Source of the DNA: Chloropicon primus
Taxonomy: Eukaryota
Length of the DNA: 64,000 bases
Direction: 5' to 3'
NCBI GenBank assembly: GCA_023205875.1
Contig: CP060770.1
Coordinates: forward strand, 1-64,000
The notes below the pieces were generated by a model, which searched no databases, was not told the DNA's origin, and saw only the letters and a program-made list of their open reading frames with translations. Below, in pieces: positions 49,814 to 59,849 of this stretch. The translations under genes and the position numbers were made by a program. Positions within the stretch are counted from its first letter, which is position 1. Every line of letters starts with the position of its first letter.

Positions 49814-51844
49814 TCAGATTTCCCAGAGCTTCCTGCCCTTGGTGGTCTGGTCGAAGGGGATGGGAGGCTCCTCCCCGCAGCGCCCGCTGCCGCTCCTTCT
49901 GTCCTTCAAGTTCAGCAGCAAGTACGTGGCGGCGAGGTTGAGGCCGATCAGCCTGCCCTGCTCCCTGGCGGCGTCTACCCAAGACCCCTCTTGGAGGCCC
50001 ATGCCCTCCAAGACCTGCTTCCCGGTGCGCAAGCAGACCGCGTCCGCGATCTCTTTCTGGTAGGACGATCTGCCTCTGCCGAGGACGCCTCCTTTCGGCT
50101 TGCCCTTGCTTGGCATCATCTCATCCAGGTCGTCGCAGTGAAACCGCAACCCCGTGAACTCTGCAGAGGAGCAGCCGTCGAAACCCCACTTGATCAACGA
50201 ATACTTTGCCGCAGGCCTCAAAAACAGGGGAACTTCCGCAAACATTCCTCCGCTGTCCCCGAGCATGATGCTTAGAACCATGACGACGGGCCCGATGGCC
50301 AAGGCGGTCTCAGTGTTTGGAGCAAGCGCCCCGACGCTCATTCCCACGGCGGATGCCGAAACGCCCTGGAGGGCCAAGGTGCCCAAAAATGGAATCCTCG
50401 TCTTGGGATTCAAGCCAGACAGGGGGCCGACGATCGAACCGAACAAAATCGGGAAGAAGGCGTCGACCGGGGTCTCGATGAGAAGCTTGGACAAAAAGTA
50501 AGGCCCGATGCCATAGAGTCTGCTTCCGTCCTTTCTGGTCTTGGACAACTCCTTCCTGACAACGGCTCGCTCCTTGGGGAAACTGTTGAGGGTCTTGATG
50601 GTCGACATCATGGCGGAATTGATGCACACCTGCATCATCACCGCGCCCCTCTTCTTGATGCTTTTCTGCCCCCTGCCCAGTTTAAAGTGGCACGTCCCGA
50701 ACGCCAACGCGAGGATCACTGTGCCCACCGCTCTTGTGAGGTGGACCTGCGACTCCCTCCTCGTTATGGTGAACGATCTCTTCACGAGCTGAAAAAATTG
50801 CCCCAGAATACCGGCCCTCTTCTTCCTCCTCCTGCTCTTCCTCTCGCCGACGGGGTCCGTGACCGCGGTCTCGTCCTCGTCCTCGACTTCATCAAGGCTA
50901 CCGGAGGGCAGCTCCGCAAAGTCTGGCCAAGCTTGGACCGGGTGAACTTTCACGGGGCCCGGCGACTTTCGCCAAACTTCAGAGAGGTGCTCGACCCTCT
51001 TCCAGCTCTTCCTCTCGGCTTCCTCGGAGCTCGTGTCAATGGACACGAGGTCCACCAGGAACTCCGCGGGATTGAAGTTCTGCTTGCACACAAAACCAAG
51101 GCGACCGAAGTGTGCCACGGCCTCCCGCGCGGGACCCATGAAGCAGGTGCGTCCGCCCGGAGCCAACAGGAGCACGTCATCGAGCTTTTCGTAAATCGCG
51201 GACCGCGGCTGGTGTATGCACATCAACACCATGGCACTCCGGTCGTGTGCCAAGCCCGTCAACTGGCTCACAACCTTGTCCGCTTGAAACGAGTCGAGGC
51301 CAGTCGTGGGCTCGTCCGCAATGAGCACAGTAAGATCCTTCGCCCCTCCGCCCTCTCCCGTGGCCACCGAAGCCCGAAGCAGCTCGCAGGCAATCGCCAG
51401 GCGCCTCTTCTCCCCGCCGGAGATCCCTCTGACCCCGTCACCTCCGACGACCGTGTCCATGGACTCCATCAGTCCCAGCTTCCTCGCCACTTGGTCGACC
51501 CTCTCGTCCACACCATCCGTGGTATCCTCGAGCCTTGCGACGAACTTGAGCGTCTCTCTCACCGTCATGCCGCCGAAGAAGGGCGTCTCTTGCGGCACGA
51601 ATGCGACGTTATGGCTCGTAACGCTCACCTCTCCCTTGAACCAAACTTTGTTCGTGTTGGCTCGGAGTTGGCTCGCCAATGCCGTCAGCAAGGTTGTCTT
51701 CCCTGAACCGGATGGACCCAAGACAGCGAGTGACCGTCCTTGTTGAGCGATGCCTGAACATCCTCGAAGGATCCACTTCCATTCCTTCCGCGTGCTCGGC
51801 CTCACGCAGCACCATACGTCCTTCCACTCGAACCGTTCCGTCAT
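49814..51844 (-). CDS. ABCG half transporter (NBD-TMD)
   Basis: Walker A GPSGSGKTT, signature ISGGEKRR, ADEPTTGLDS, IHQP and an ABC2 membrane domain (FPKERAVV..E). The start is uncertain: in-frame ATGs occur at 51844 and 51940. Confidence 0.93.
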   Translation of the reverse strand: MTERFEWKDVWCCVRPSTRKEWKWILRGCSGIAQQGRSLAVLGPSGSGKTTLLTALASQLRANTNKVWFKGEVSVTSHNVAFVPQETPFFGGMTVRETLKFVARLEDTTDGVDERVDQVARKLGLMESMDTVVGGDGVRGISGGEKRRLAIACELLRASVATGEGGGAKDLTVLIADEPTTGLDSFQADKVVSQLTGLAHDRSAMVLMCIHQPRSAIYEKLDDVLLLAPGGRTCFMGPAREAVAHFGRLGFVCKQNFNPAEFLVDLVSIDTSSEEAERKSWKRVEHLSEVWRKSPGPVKVHPVQAWPDFAELPSGSLDEVEDEDETAVTDPVGERKSRRRKKRAGILGQFFQLVKRSFTITRRESQVHLTRAVGTVILALAFGTCHFKLGRGQKSIKKRGAVMMQVCINSAMMSTIKTLNSFPKERAVVRKELSKTRKDGSRLYGIGPYFLSKLLIETPVDAFFPILFGSIVGPLSGLNPKTRIPFLGTLALQGVSASAVGMSVGALAPNTETALAIGPVVMVLSIMLGDSGGMFAEVPLFLRPAAKYSLIKWGFDGCSSAEFTGLRFHCDDLDEMMPSKGKPKGGVLGRGRSSYQKEIADAVCLRTGKQVLEGMGLQEGSWVDAAREQGRLIGLNLAATYLLLNLKDRRSGSGRCGEEPPIPFDQTTKGRKLWEI

Positions 51845-52179
51845 AACCGCCAACGCTCCTCTTCTGGGCGGTTTGGACGAAAAGCGCGGGAGCAGGAGAC
51901 AGAAACCTGGAGCAAGGGAGGGAGGGGGAGAGCATTGCATTGGGGTGGAGGGAGGGAGAGGGGGAGGGGGGGGAGGGGGAGAGGGGAGGGGGATTGTCCG
52001 TGCTTTGTTTCCACTTGTTCTGCTTCCGAAAGAACCGTCGTTCGGTGGGAAAGAATGGATGATGCGAGGGGGAGGACAGACGGAGTCATCATCAGCAGCA
52101 GCAGCAGCAAACAGGGAGAGAGGGAAATGCAATGAAGTTCCAACTACATAGTATCACACAAAGAATCTAGGGAATCACC

Positions 52180-54315
52180 TTAGTCCCTGGCCAACGGAGG
52201 CTTCGAGGTGCTGGGCCGATCTGCCGCCGAGGCCAGGGAGGACTTCTTGAACTCCTGCGACTTGGTCGTGGCGTCGAGGTACTTCTCGAGCTTGCCAAGC
52301 TCGTTCTTGTTCAATTTCTTCAGCGCCGAAGTGATCGCTGTTTGGGATCCAAGTTTCACGGACCTCCCGCCCGTTGGCACGTAAGGAGGCGGCTCCTTCC
52401 TCCTCGTGGTCGTCTTTGGCTTGTACCTGAGCACCTCCTCCCTCTCTGGAGGCACCGCCTTGACTTTGATCTCCCCATCGGGCAGAACTGTGACCTCGTC
52501 CAAGGAGAGCCTGTCCACCTCGTACAACAGATTCTCGTCCCCCATTCGCCTCTTTGGCTTGCGCGAGTCGACGAGGTCCTGCTTCAGCGCCCTGATGAGG
52601 GCGTTGAAGCTCGAGCCGCCCTTGACGAGCATCTTGTTCCTCTGCAAGGCATTCTCCATCACGACGCGCTGCTTTCCATCGGTTCGAGACATGTTCTCGT
52701 AATCCGTCCTCATCAGGGACACGAGGTCCTTGAGCTCGCTGCCTTCGTTCTGCAGGTTCGACACCGCCTCCGAGAGCTGCTTCATCCTGCCCCTCCCGAG
52801 GTCCGCCGTGTCGACGAACTTTCCGTAACGGTTGTTCTCGACCTGGAGCTTGTGGTTCTTCTCCTCCAGCTCCCTGATCTTGGCCTCCAAGGCGTCCACC
52901 GACGTGCCCTGATCCTCGTTCTTCATCTCCACAATCGTGTCGCAGAAGCTATAGAAAGCGTTGCTCAGCATGCGCCGCCTTATCTTGGCCAAGCTCCTCT
53001 CCACGAGGATCTCGTTCGTCGCGTTGTAGCTCTGCACACCGATCCAGGCGTGGAAGACGGCCGCCATTCTCTTCTTCCTCAGCTTCAGCAGGACGGCGGC
53101 AGCGGAGCGTCGGTTGTCTACAGCCATGCAAAGGGCCTCGAACGCTTTCCTCTGCAACTCGTGCTTGTGATGCAGCTCAGCCTTCCTGCCCATTTCGCGC
53201 TTGTAGCGCAGGTACTGGCCGACCTGGGCCCACTCTGCCACGATGTGGGCCAGGAAGATCATCTTGCACTTGTGCACGAGCTTGGTCCTCAAGTTTTTGC
53301 GCAGGGTTCTGTCGTCCTTGTAGTTCTTGAGAGTCAGGAGGACCTTGAAGAGGGTGTTCTTGTTGTGGAACGAGACAGCCGTCTCGAGCTTGTGCCGCTT
53401 GAGGTGCTTGGTGCTGCTCCAGCGCTTCCACGCGGAGAAGATGCGGATCATCCTGGCGTGCTTGAAGAGCTTCACCATCCTGGCAAACGCCCCGCGCTGC
53501 CTGTGCTGGTACATCTTCACGTACATTTCCCTCCGCTTCCACTCGTCCCTGTAAGACTCTTCCTGCACGTAAGCGTACCACTCGAGCAGGACTCTTCGCT
53601 TCAAGTTCCTGGCCAGGAGTATCGCTGCCTTGTTCTTCATCTTTATCGTGGGGTCGGTGAGCCCGGAGACGTACTTCCAGTTCAGGAGGACCCTCCTCGA
53701 CAAGGACCTCGCGATCCTTGCCGTGGCCTGTGCAACCCTCTGCTCTTTGACGACCTTGTTCCTCCTGTACTCCTGCCAGGCCACGAAGGCGTGGCGCATC
53801 GTCAGCTTGTACGTCTCGGCAAACCTCTGCTGGAACGCCCTCTTGTTGTGGTCGATAGCCTGCTGCATTTTTGCGGTGATGCCGGACAGGGTGTGCAGCT
53901 GGTGGAACGCCAGCCGAGAAGGGAGGTCATCCACGATGCCCAGCTCGAAAGGCGACTTGCCTATCTTTCGAAGGCCCTGCGCCGCTCCATAGTTCGAGCT
54001 CAGCTTCCTCAAGGTTTTCGTGGCCTCCTTCAAGTCCAAGGGGTCGCGCAAATCGAGCTGGGACCCGCGGGGGCTCAAGCCGCTGCTCAGGCTGATTCCA
54101 CTGTCCTCGTCGTCGTCGTAAAGGTAATCGTCGTTGTCGTAGCCAGAGAGGTCGTCCTGCTGGAAAGAGAACTGGGACGCGCCTCCCCTGCCTCTGCTCC
54201 CTCCTGACCTGTTCGAGCCCGCCGGGTTCCTCCCATAACGGGAGTACGACGTGGGGCTGGACCTGCTCCCACTGGAAGCCTGCCCGGGCGAGCCTGCGCC
54301 ACGTTGTTCAGACAT
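52180..54315 (-). CDS. Sfi1-like repeat (centrin-binding) coiled-coil protein
   Basis: Periodic basic helical repeats ending in Trp (RHAFVAW, RRVLLNW, KRRVLLEW, IRIFSAW, AHIVAEW, AAVFHAW), followed by a coiled coil. Confidence 0.65.
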   Translation of the reverse strand: MSEQRGAGSPGQASSGSRSSPTSYSRYGRNPAGSNRSGGSRGRGGASQFSFQQDDLSGYDNDDYLYDDDEDSGISLSSGLSPRGSQLDLRDPLDLKEATKTLRKLSSNYGAAQGLRKIGKSPFELGIVDDLPSRLAFHQLHTLSGITAKMQQAIDHNKRAFQQRFAETYKLTMRHAFVAWQEYRRNKVVKEQRVAQATARIARSLSRRVLLNWKYVSGLTDPTIKMKNKAAILLARNLKRRVLLEWYAYVQEESYRDEWKRREMYVKMYQHRQRGAFARMVKLFKHARMIRIFSAWKRWSSTKHLKRHKLETAVSFHNKNTLFKVLLTLKNYKDDRTLRKNLRTKLVHKCKMIFLAHIVAEWAQVGQYLRYKREMGRKAELHHKHELQRKAFEALCMAVDNRRSAAAVLLKLRKKRMAAVFHAWIGVQSYNATNEILVERSLAKIRRRMLSNAFYSFCDTIVEMKNEDQGTSVDALEAKIRELEEKNHKLQVENNRYGKFVDTADLGRGRMKQLSEAVSNLQNEGSELKDLVSLMRTDYENMSRTDGKQRVVMENALQRNKMLVKGGSSFNALIRALKQDLVDSRKPKRRMGDENLLYEVDRLSLDEVTVLPDGEIKVKAVPPEREEVLRYKPKTTTRRKEPPPYVPTGGRSVKLGSQTAITSALKKLNKNELGKLEKYLDATTKSQEFKKSSLASAADRPSTSKPPLARD

Positions 54316-55255
54316 CCCAAAGTCACAACAACTCGCTCACCGCCTCGGGTCTCCTCCTCCTCGCTGCGTGTGGAGCACCGGTGCTTCCTTGCCAAAAGCC
54401 AGCCGAGGCCCAGTTCAGCTCAGTCCAGCTCAGTCCAGCTCAGTCCACTCGTCGTCCCGGCCCAAGACGGTTCCAAGGTCTCGCCTTTCCTCAGCCACCC
54501 TCTCCAGCGTGACAGTCGCAGCCGCCCTGGTCCCGACCTCCGTCCTGGTCCCGACCTCTGTGGCCCAAAGGTCTTGCCTTGGCTCTGGCCCTTGTCCTCG
54601 TCCAGTGCGGTGCCAAGACGGTACCAAGATGGCGTCTTTGCTTGAGATACAAGACAGTTGTGAGATCAGGTATGAACCCCAATCGCCCTCGCCCTCGTTC
54701 TCGGCCTCCCTTGCCTCCTCCTCAAGTGATGTCCCTTCTCCTCCTCCCTCGAGAGCAGCTCTCTCTCCCGTTGACGCTTCTGTCCTTTGAATTTCAAATT
54801 TTTGGTTTTCTGCCAATGCAACATTTAGTTTGAAATATCATTTTATTTCACTTTTTTATTTCACCTTCGGCTTCGCGCCAAGCCAGAGAGGAGGCGAACG
54901 AGGTAAGTTGTGGGCGGTGTAGACGACGAGAAAGGGGAGAGCGGGCGATGAGAATGGTACCGATGGATTTTTCATTCTCTCCTCTTTCGTTTGACCCCTC
55001 ACTCGAAGCGATTGGCGCCCTGGTGAGGAGTCATCTTTGCTGATCAAGATGTTTTTCGTCTGTGTTTGATGGCGAAAGTTTAGGGTAAGCGAGAAAGGTC
55101 GTGGACGGCGAGGGCGAGGGCAAAGGCGAGCTTGAGGCTCCCCGATGGCATGATCATCATGTCCTCTTTCGTTGAAGCCGTCACTCGAAACGAATGACTC
55201 TCCGACTCGTTGACTCACTGCTCATCATTCTCACTGTCTTTAGCCCCCAGGTGAT

Positions 55256-58019
55256 ATGAGCGGCACAGTGGAGGCGGAGAAGGAGAAGGCCGCGAGCTTC
55301 TTGTCAACGGCCCATCTGGCAAAGGATGCTGCTGCTGCTATGGTTGGTGATGCCTCGGCAACGAAAAGGATAGGGACAGAGGCCAAGGAGGACACGCTGT
55401 TGGACAGCAACAGGCTTCACGCTCAGCCAGGTATTCTGCCCAACGCGACGACGAAGCAGGCGTCCCCGGCGGAGTCCAAGTCGGCGTCCTCTCTCGGGAC
55501 GGACGGGAAAGCGAACGGCGGAGACGGTGCCTCTCCATCGGAAGAGAGGGGCGATGAGGCGGGAAGGGGGGACCTCGCGGGGAACGGCGGAGAGAGCGGA
55601 GTGCAGTCGCCGAGCGGGCAAGGACTCAAGTTCCCGAACAAGATACTGCCGCAGCATGTGACGGCCACGGCGCAGCAGCTCTTGCCGACGAGCGTCCTTC
55701 GCAATTTGTACGACAAGCTGTATGAGAAGAGAAAGGCGGCTGCCCTTGAAGTAGAACAGGTGCGTCCTCATTGCCCCCGATTCCTTTCGCTCGTCGGGAC
55801 TAGACTGACTTTTGTGTTCGCTCCACTCCACAACGCAACAGATCGTCAAGTCTCTGGCCGGGGCAGGTGACTTGCACCGCGTTCACGCGCTGCTTTCCCT
55901 CCTCGTGAGGGACTACGCTTTGTCCCCGCTGTCGAACCACAGGAAGGGTGGCCTCATCGGATTGGCGGCGGCCACCGTCGGCCTCGTTGGAAACTTTAAC
56001 ATCTTTTTGCCGCTCATCGTGCCCCCCGTCCTCAGGTCTTTCGATGACACGGACAGCAGGGTGCGTTATTACGCCTGCGAGGCCTTGTACAACATGGCAA
56101 AAGTGGCGAGGGACGACTTTGTGGCCTTCTTCAACGACGTTTTCGACTCCCTTTGCAAGCTCTCTGCGGACGTTGACCCGAACGTACAGAACGCGGCGCA
56201 CTTGCTTGACAAGCTGGTCAAGGACATCGTGACGGAGAGCCCCCATTTTGATCTGGAAGAGTTCATCACGCTGCTGAGGCAGAGGCTTCAAGTGAGGAAC
56301 CCTTACGTCAGGCAATTCCTCGTGTCGTGGATCTCCGTGCTGGACTCCGTGCCGGACATTGACATGCTGGAGCACCTTCCCGAGTTCATGGAGGGCCTGC
56401 TGAGCATGCTCAGCGACCCCAATAGGGACATCAGGCAGCAGGCCGACGCGGCCCTGGGAGAGTTCCTTGGGGAGATCAAGCACATTCAGCGGACAGCGGA
56501 GTCCAAGGAGATGATCGTGGTGCCCTTCGACGTTGAGAGCGTGGTCACGATACTGGTGGAGAAGGCTCAGCACGCCGATGAGTTCACGCAGCTCACGGCC
56601 TTGGCATGGCTTCACGACTTTGTGGGTCTGTTTGGTGACCAGCTCGTTGCGTATTTCGACCACCTCCTCGACGCTGTTCTGCCATGTTTGAGCCACCAGA
56701 ACGCCAGGATGTCGCAGGTGGCGGAGAGCACGAACAAGGCCTTGCTGCAGCTCAACACCGGGAGGACCAACGCCAACGCGTTTGATGCCGAGGCCACCAT
56801 CCGGGTGATCAAGAAGCACCTCGAGGTCTGCACCAAGGCTTCCACCCAGCCCAGTCCGTCTGCGACCCCCAGGGAGGCCTACCTGAACGCGACCAGCAGG
56901 AGGACTGGCACGGCTGGCTCTGACATCTCTGAAGTTTCTTTGGCGATGGGGGAGGGCACGAGCCCGGGTGCTCACAATAATGCGGGCAAGGACGTCGGAG
57001 AGAGGACGTGGCTCGAGGCCCTCAGGTGGCTCAGTGTGCTGCTGGAGAGAAACAAAAGCGAGGTCCTGTCGATGCTGGACGAGCTCTTGCCTCTCCTGTT
57101 CGAGGCCACGGCGGATGGTAGCGAGGAGGTGGTGCTCAAGGCGCTGGAGGTGGAGGCCTCCATCGCCAAGGACACCAAGGAGTTCCAGAGACTCGTTGCG
57201 GCCCTGCTGGACAGGTTCAGGGGGGCCAGAGGGACTCAGCTCCTGCAGTCCAGGGGCAGCCTGGTCATCAGAAGGCTCTGCGCCTTGCTCGGCGCGGCCA
57301 AAGTCTTCAGCACCGTCAGCACGCTCCTGGTGAGGGAGGACGACTTGCCTTTTGCCTCCACCATGGTTCAGGCCCTCAACCTCATCTTGCTGACGGCCCC
57401 GGAGCTGAAGCAGCCGAGGGACATGCTGAAGATGGTGTACAACGTGCTGCACCCCCACCTCAGCCCCCAGGACGGGTCCTTGGAGTCCCATGCGTCGCAG
57501 CAAGATCACCCGGAGGAGCTGTTCGAGTCCTTGTACCGCAGTTTCAGCCACAGCTGCTGCGCGGTCCTAAGCCTCTGCCTCCACGCCGGGGCGTATACCC
57601 ACGCTTGCGAGGTCCTCGAGTGCCTTGGAACGCAGCTGGAGATCACCACCCACCAGCTCTTTGAGCTGGACCGCCTGGTGCAGTTGATTGAGTCCCCCAT
57701 GTTCGTCGGAATGAGGCTGAAGCTTCTTGACCCCTCCAAGCACCCCGCGCTCTGCAAGTGCTTGTACGGGATTCTGACGCTCCTGCCGCAGAGCAAGGCC
57801 TTTGAGACCCTTCACGGCAGGCTGAGCAGCATCCCCTCGGACAAGCTCATCCGCCTCAACGAGCTCATGGCGTCCACGGACGACAAGGCCAAGAAGTCGA
57901 GTGGCGGGAGCTTCAAATCCAAGTCCCAGCAGCACCAGCAGGTGATCCACTTTGATAGGCTCCTTCACGTATTTAAAACGTGCCAGCAAAAACATACCAG
58001 GCTCCACAAAAACATGTAG
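55256..58019 (+). CDS. VAC14: VAC14 scaffold of the Fab1/PIKfyve complex, intron 55760-55841
   Basis: LRNLYDKLYEKRKAAALEVEQ|IV, RKGGLIGLAA, DSRVRYYACEALYN, LLDKLVKDIV, RGSLVIRRLC, DRLVQLIESP and LYGILTLLPQSKAF. Confidence 0.97.
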
Positions 58020-58083
58020 ACGGCCGACGCCGACCGACCGAGCCGAGAGGGAGGAAGAGGAAAGGAAGAGGAAAGGATCTAAT

Positions 58084-58537
58084 CTAATAATACACGTACT
58101 CTCTGACATTCATGCTATTCTTGATACGTTCCAACAAGTCCCTGTGGATGAAGGCCATCTCGCAACCCTCCTCCTTCCGCCTGATGCACAAGAACAAAGA
58201 CGTGAGCGACTCGAAGAGCAGAGATACCGTGAGGACCTCCGTCTCCAGCCGGTCGGCCAGGTGCTCCGCTTGCCGGTCCACTTCACTTCGGAACGCCTCC
58301 AGCTCAGGTCCAACGCAGCAACCAAACAACCTGGAACCAAGCACAAAGTTGCAGGGAGCAAGACAAGTTCCCACAAACGTCAGAGAGTTGTGGTGTGACC
58401 AGGGAGGATGAGAGGGATGAAAGAATCTCCTCTGTTCATGCCCAGAGCACACGACACCTCCATAGCTCCTCCAACCTTTCCTCTCCCAGCAGCACAGCAC
58501 TTCACCCCTTTCTCCACAGAGACAGAGAGAGTGAGTG

Positions 58538-58600
<63 letters not shown>

Positions 58601-58890
58601 GACAGCCAATGCGTGGAGGGTTCCCGTCATGCACCGCTCCTCCTCAGTGGCGAAGACCTCAAGCCAAGGAGTCCTCCACAACAATCCACAACACAACGAG
58701 CAGCACCAGCAGCAAAGAGGCGGTGAACAGAAGAGAAGAGAAGCGGAGAAGAGAAGAGAAGAGAAGAGAGAAGCGGAGGAGAGGATCGGCTGGTGGTTGT
58801 GTCTTACCCGTATTTGTCCTTGAGATCCATCCCGAGCTTCAGCGTTGCCCGAAGACACCTCAAGTCTTCCCTGAACCGCGACCGACTCAT
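58084..58890 (-). CDS. Hypothetical small multi-exon gene; exon structure uncertain
   Basis: ATG at 58890 (MSRSRFREDLRCLRATLKLGMDLKDKYG) is followed by a GTAAG donor at 58807 and microsatellite-filled intron-like segments. The last exon is helical (EVDRQAEHLADRLETEV...VREYVYY*). Confidence 0.35.
58542..58596. repeat. (GA)n microsatellite
   Basis: About 27 dinucleotide units read directly. Confidence 0.9.
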
Positions 58891-59001
58891 GCTGACTCAA
58901 CAATTAACGCGCGAGCACGAACGAACACGTGACAAGTGAAGCGCTTTCGCTTTCCGTAGAGAGCCCTCGCTTGACGAAGAGGGATTGGGACGAGAGTGGC
59001 G

Positions 59002-59700
59002 ATGGCGAAGGCGATGGCGGTGCTCAGGGGGTTGGGTCCGAGGTATCCTTTGCATGGCGGGAAGGGTCCGCGAAATCAACAGCACGGAGCCTCGTGCTCG
59101 GGCATGACGAGGAGGTTGACGCGAACGAGGCCCGAGTCGGAGTCGCTCGCTTGTTCTTGTTGTTGTTATTCCACCAAGAAGCGCAGGGACCCGCTGGAGT
59201 TGTCTCCGACGCCACTGCGGGGGAGGAGGACGGCAAGTGTTTTGACTCGGGCCAGTGACGACAAGGTTCTCAAGGAGTTGGACGCCGACTGGGAGGTACG
59301 AGTACGACTTTGCTCTCCACACAGACAGACAGACAACACACACACACACACACACACACTGCCTCCCTCTGCCTCTCTCTCTCTCTCCCTCTGTCTCTGT
59401 CTCTCTGTCTCTCTTGCCTATTCTGCTCATGCTGACGAGCTTTTCGTGTTGTTGTTCACGGTGGCGGTGGCGGTGGTGATGGCAACAACAACAACGCAGA
59501 TGGAGACGCGCCCGGGTCTCTTCACTCGGATAGCGCTGGCGCTGTGCCTCGTGGTGGCGGGTTTCTCGGGCGGGACAATCGTTTTGAGGATCGTGGCGTC
59601 CATCTTCGCCATCTTCCTGGCCTGCATACGATACATCTTCATATCAGTTGTGTTGCTCTTCGTGCTTTCCCTGCTGTGGCAGAACCCAAAGGATGCTTGA
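59002..59700 (+). CDS. Hypothetical small membrane protein with transit-peptide-like N-terminus, intron 59296-59499
   Basis: The Arg/Ser-rich N-terminus ends VLTRA. A GTACG...GCAG intron containing CA/CT microsatellites joins DADWE|METRP. Two hydrophobic segments lie at the C-terminus. Confidence 0.65.
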   Translation: MAKAMAVLRGLGPRYPLHGGKGPRNQQHGASCSGMTRRLTRTRPESESLACSCCCYSTKKRRDPLELSPTPLRGRRTASVLTRASDDKVLKELDADWEVRVRLCSPHRQTDNTHTHTHTLPPSASLSLSLCLCLSVSLAYSAHADELFVLLFTVAVAVVMATTTTQMETRPGLFTRIALALCLVVAGFSGGTIVLRIVASIFAIFLACIRYIFISVVLLFVLSLLWQNPKDA

Positions 59701-59849
59701 GGAGAAGGATACAGACTCTCGTTCGTTCGTGTTTGTTGGTGAACGTCATGATATGATCATAGTATTATTGTACAAGTAAGTAGTTTTAGGTTTTTTTGGA
59801 TCCTAATCATCCCACCCACACAAAAAGCCTTGTCCGCTCGTCACCTCTC

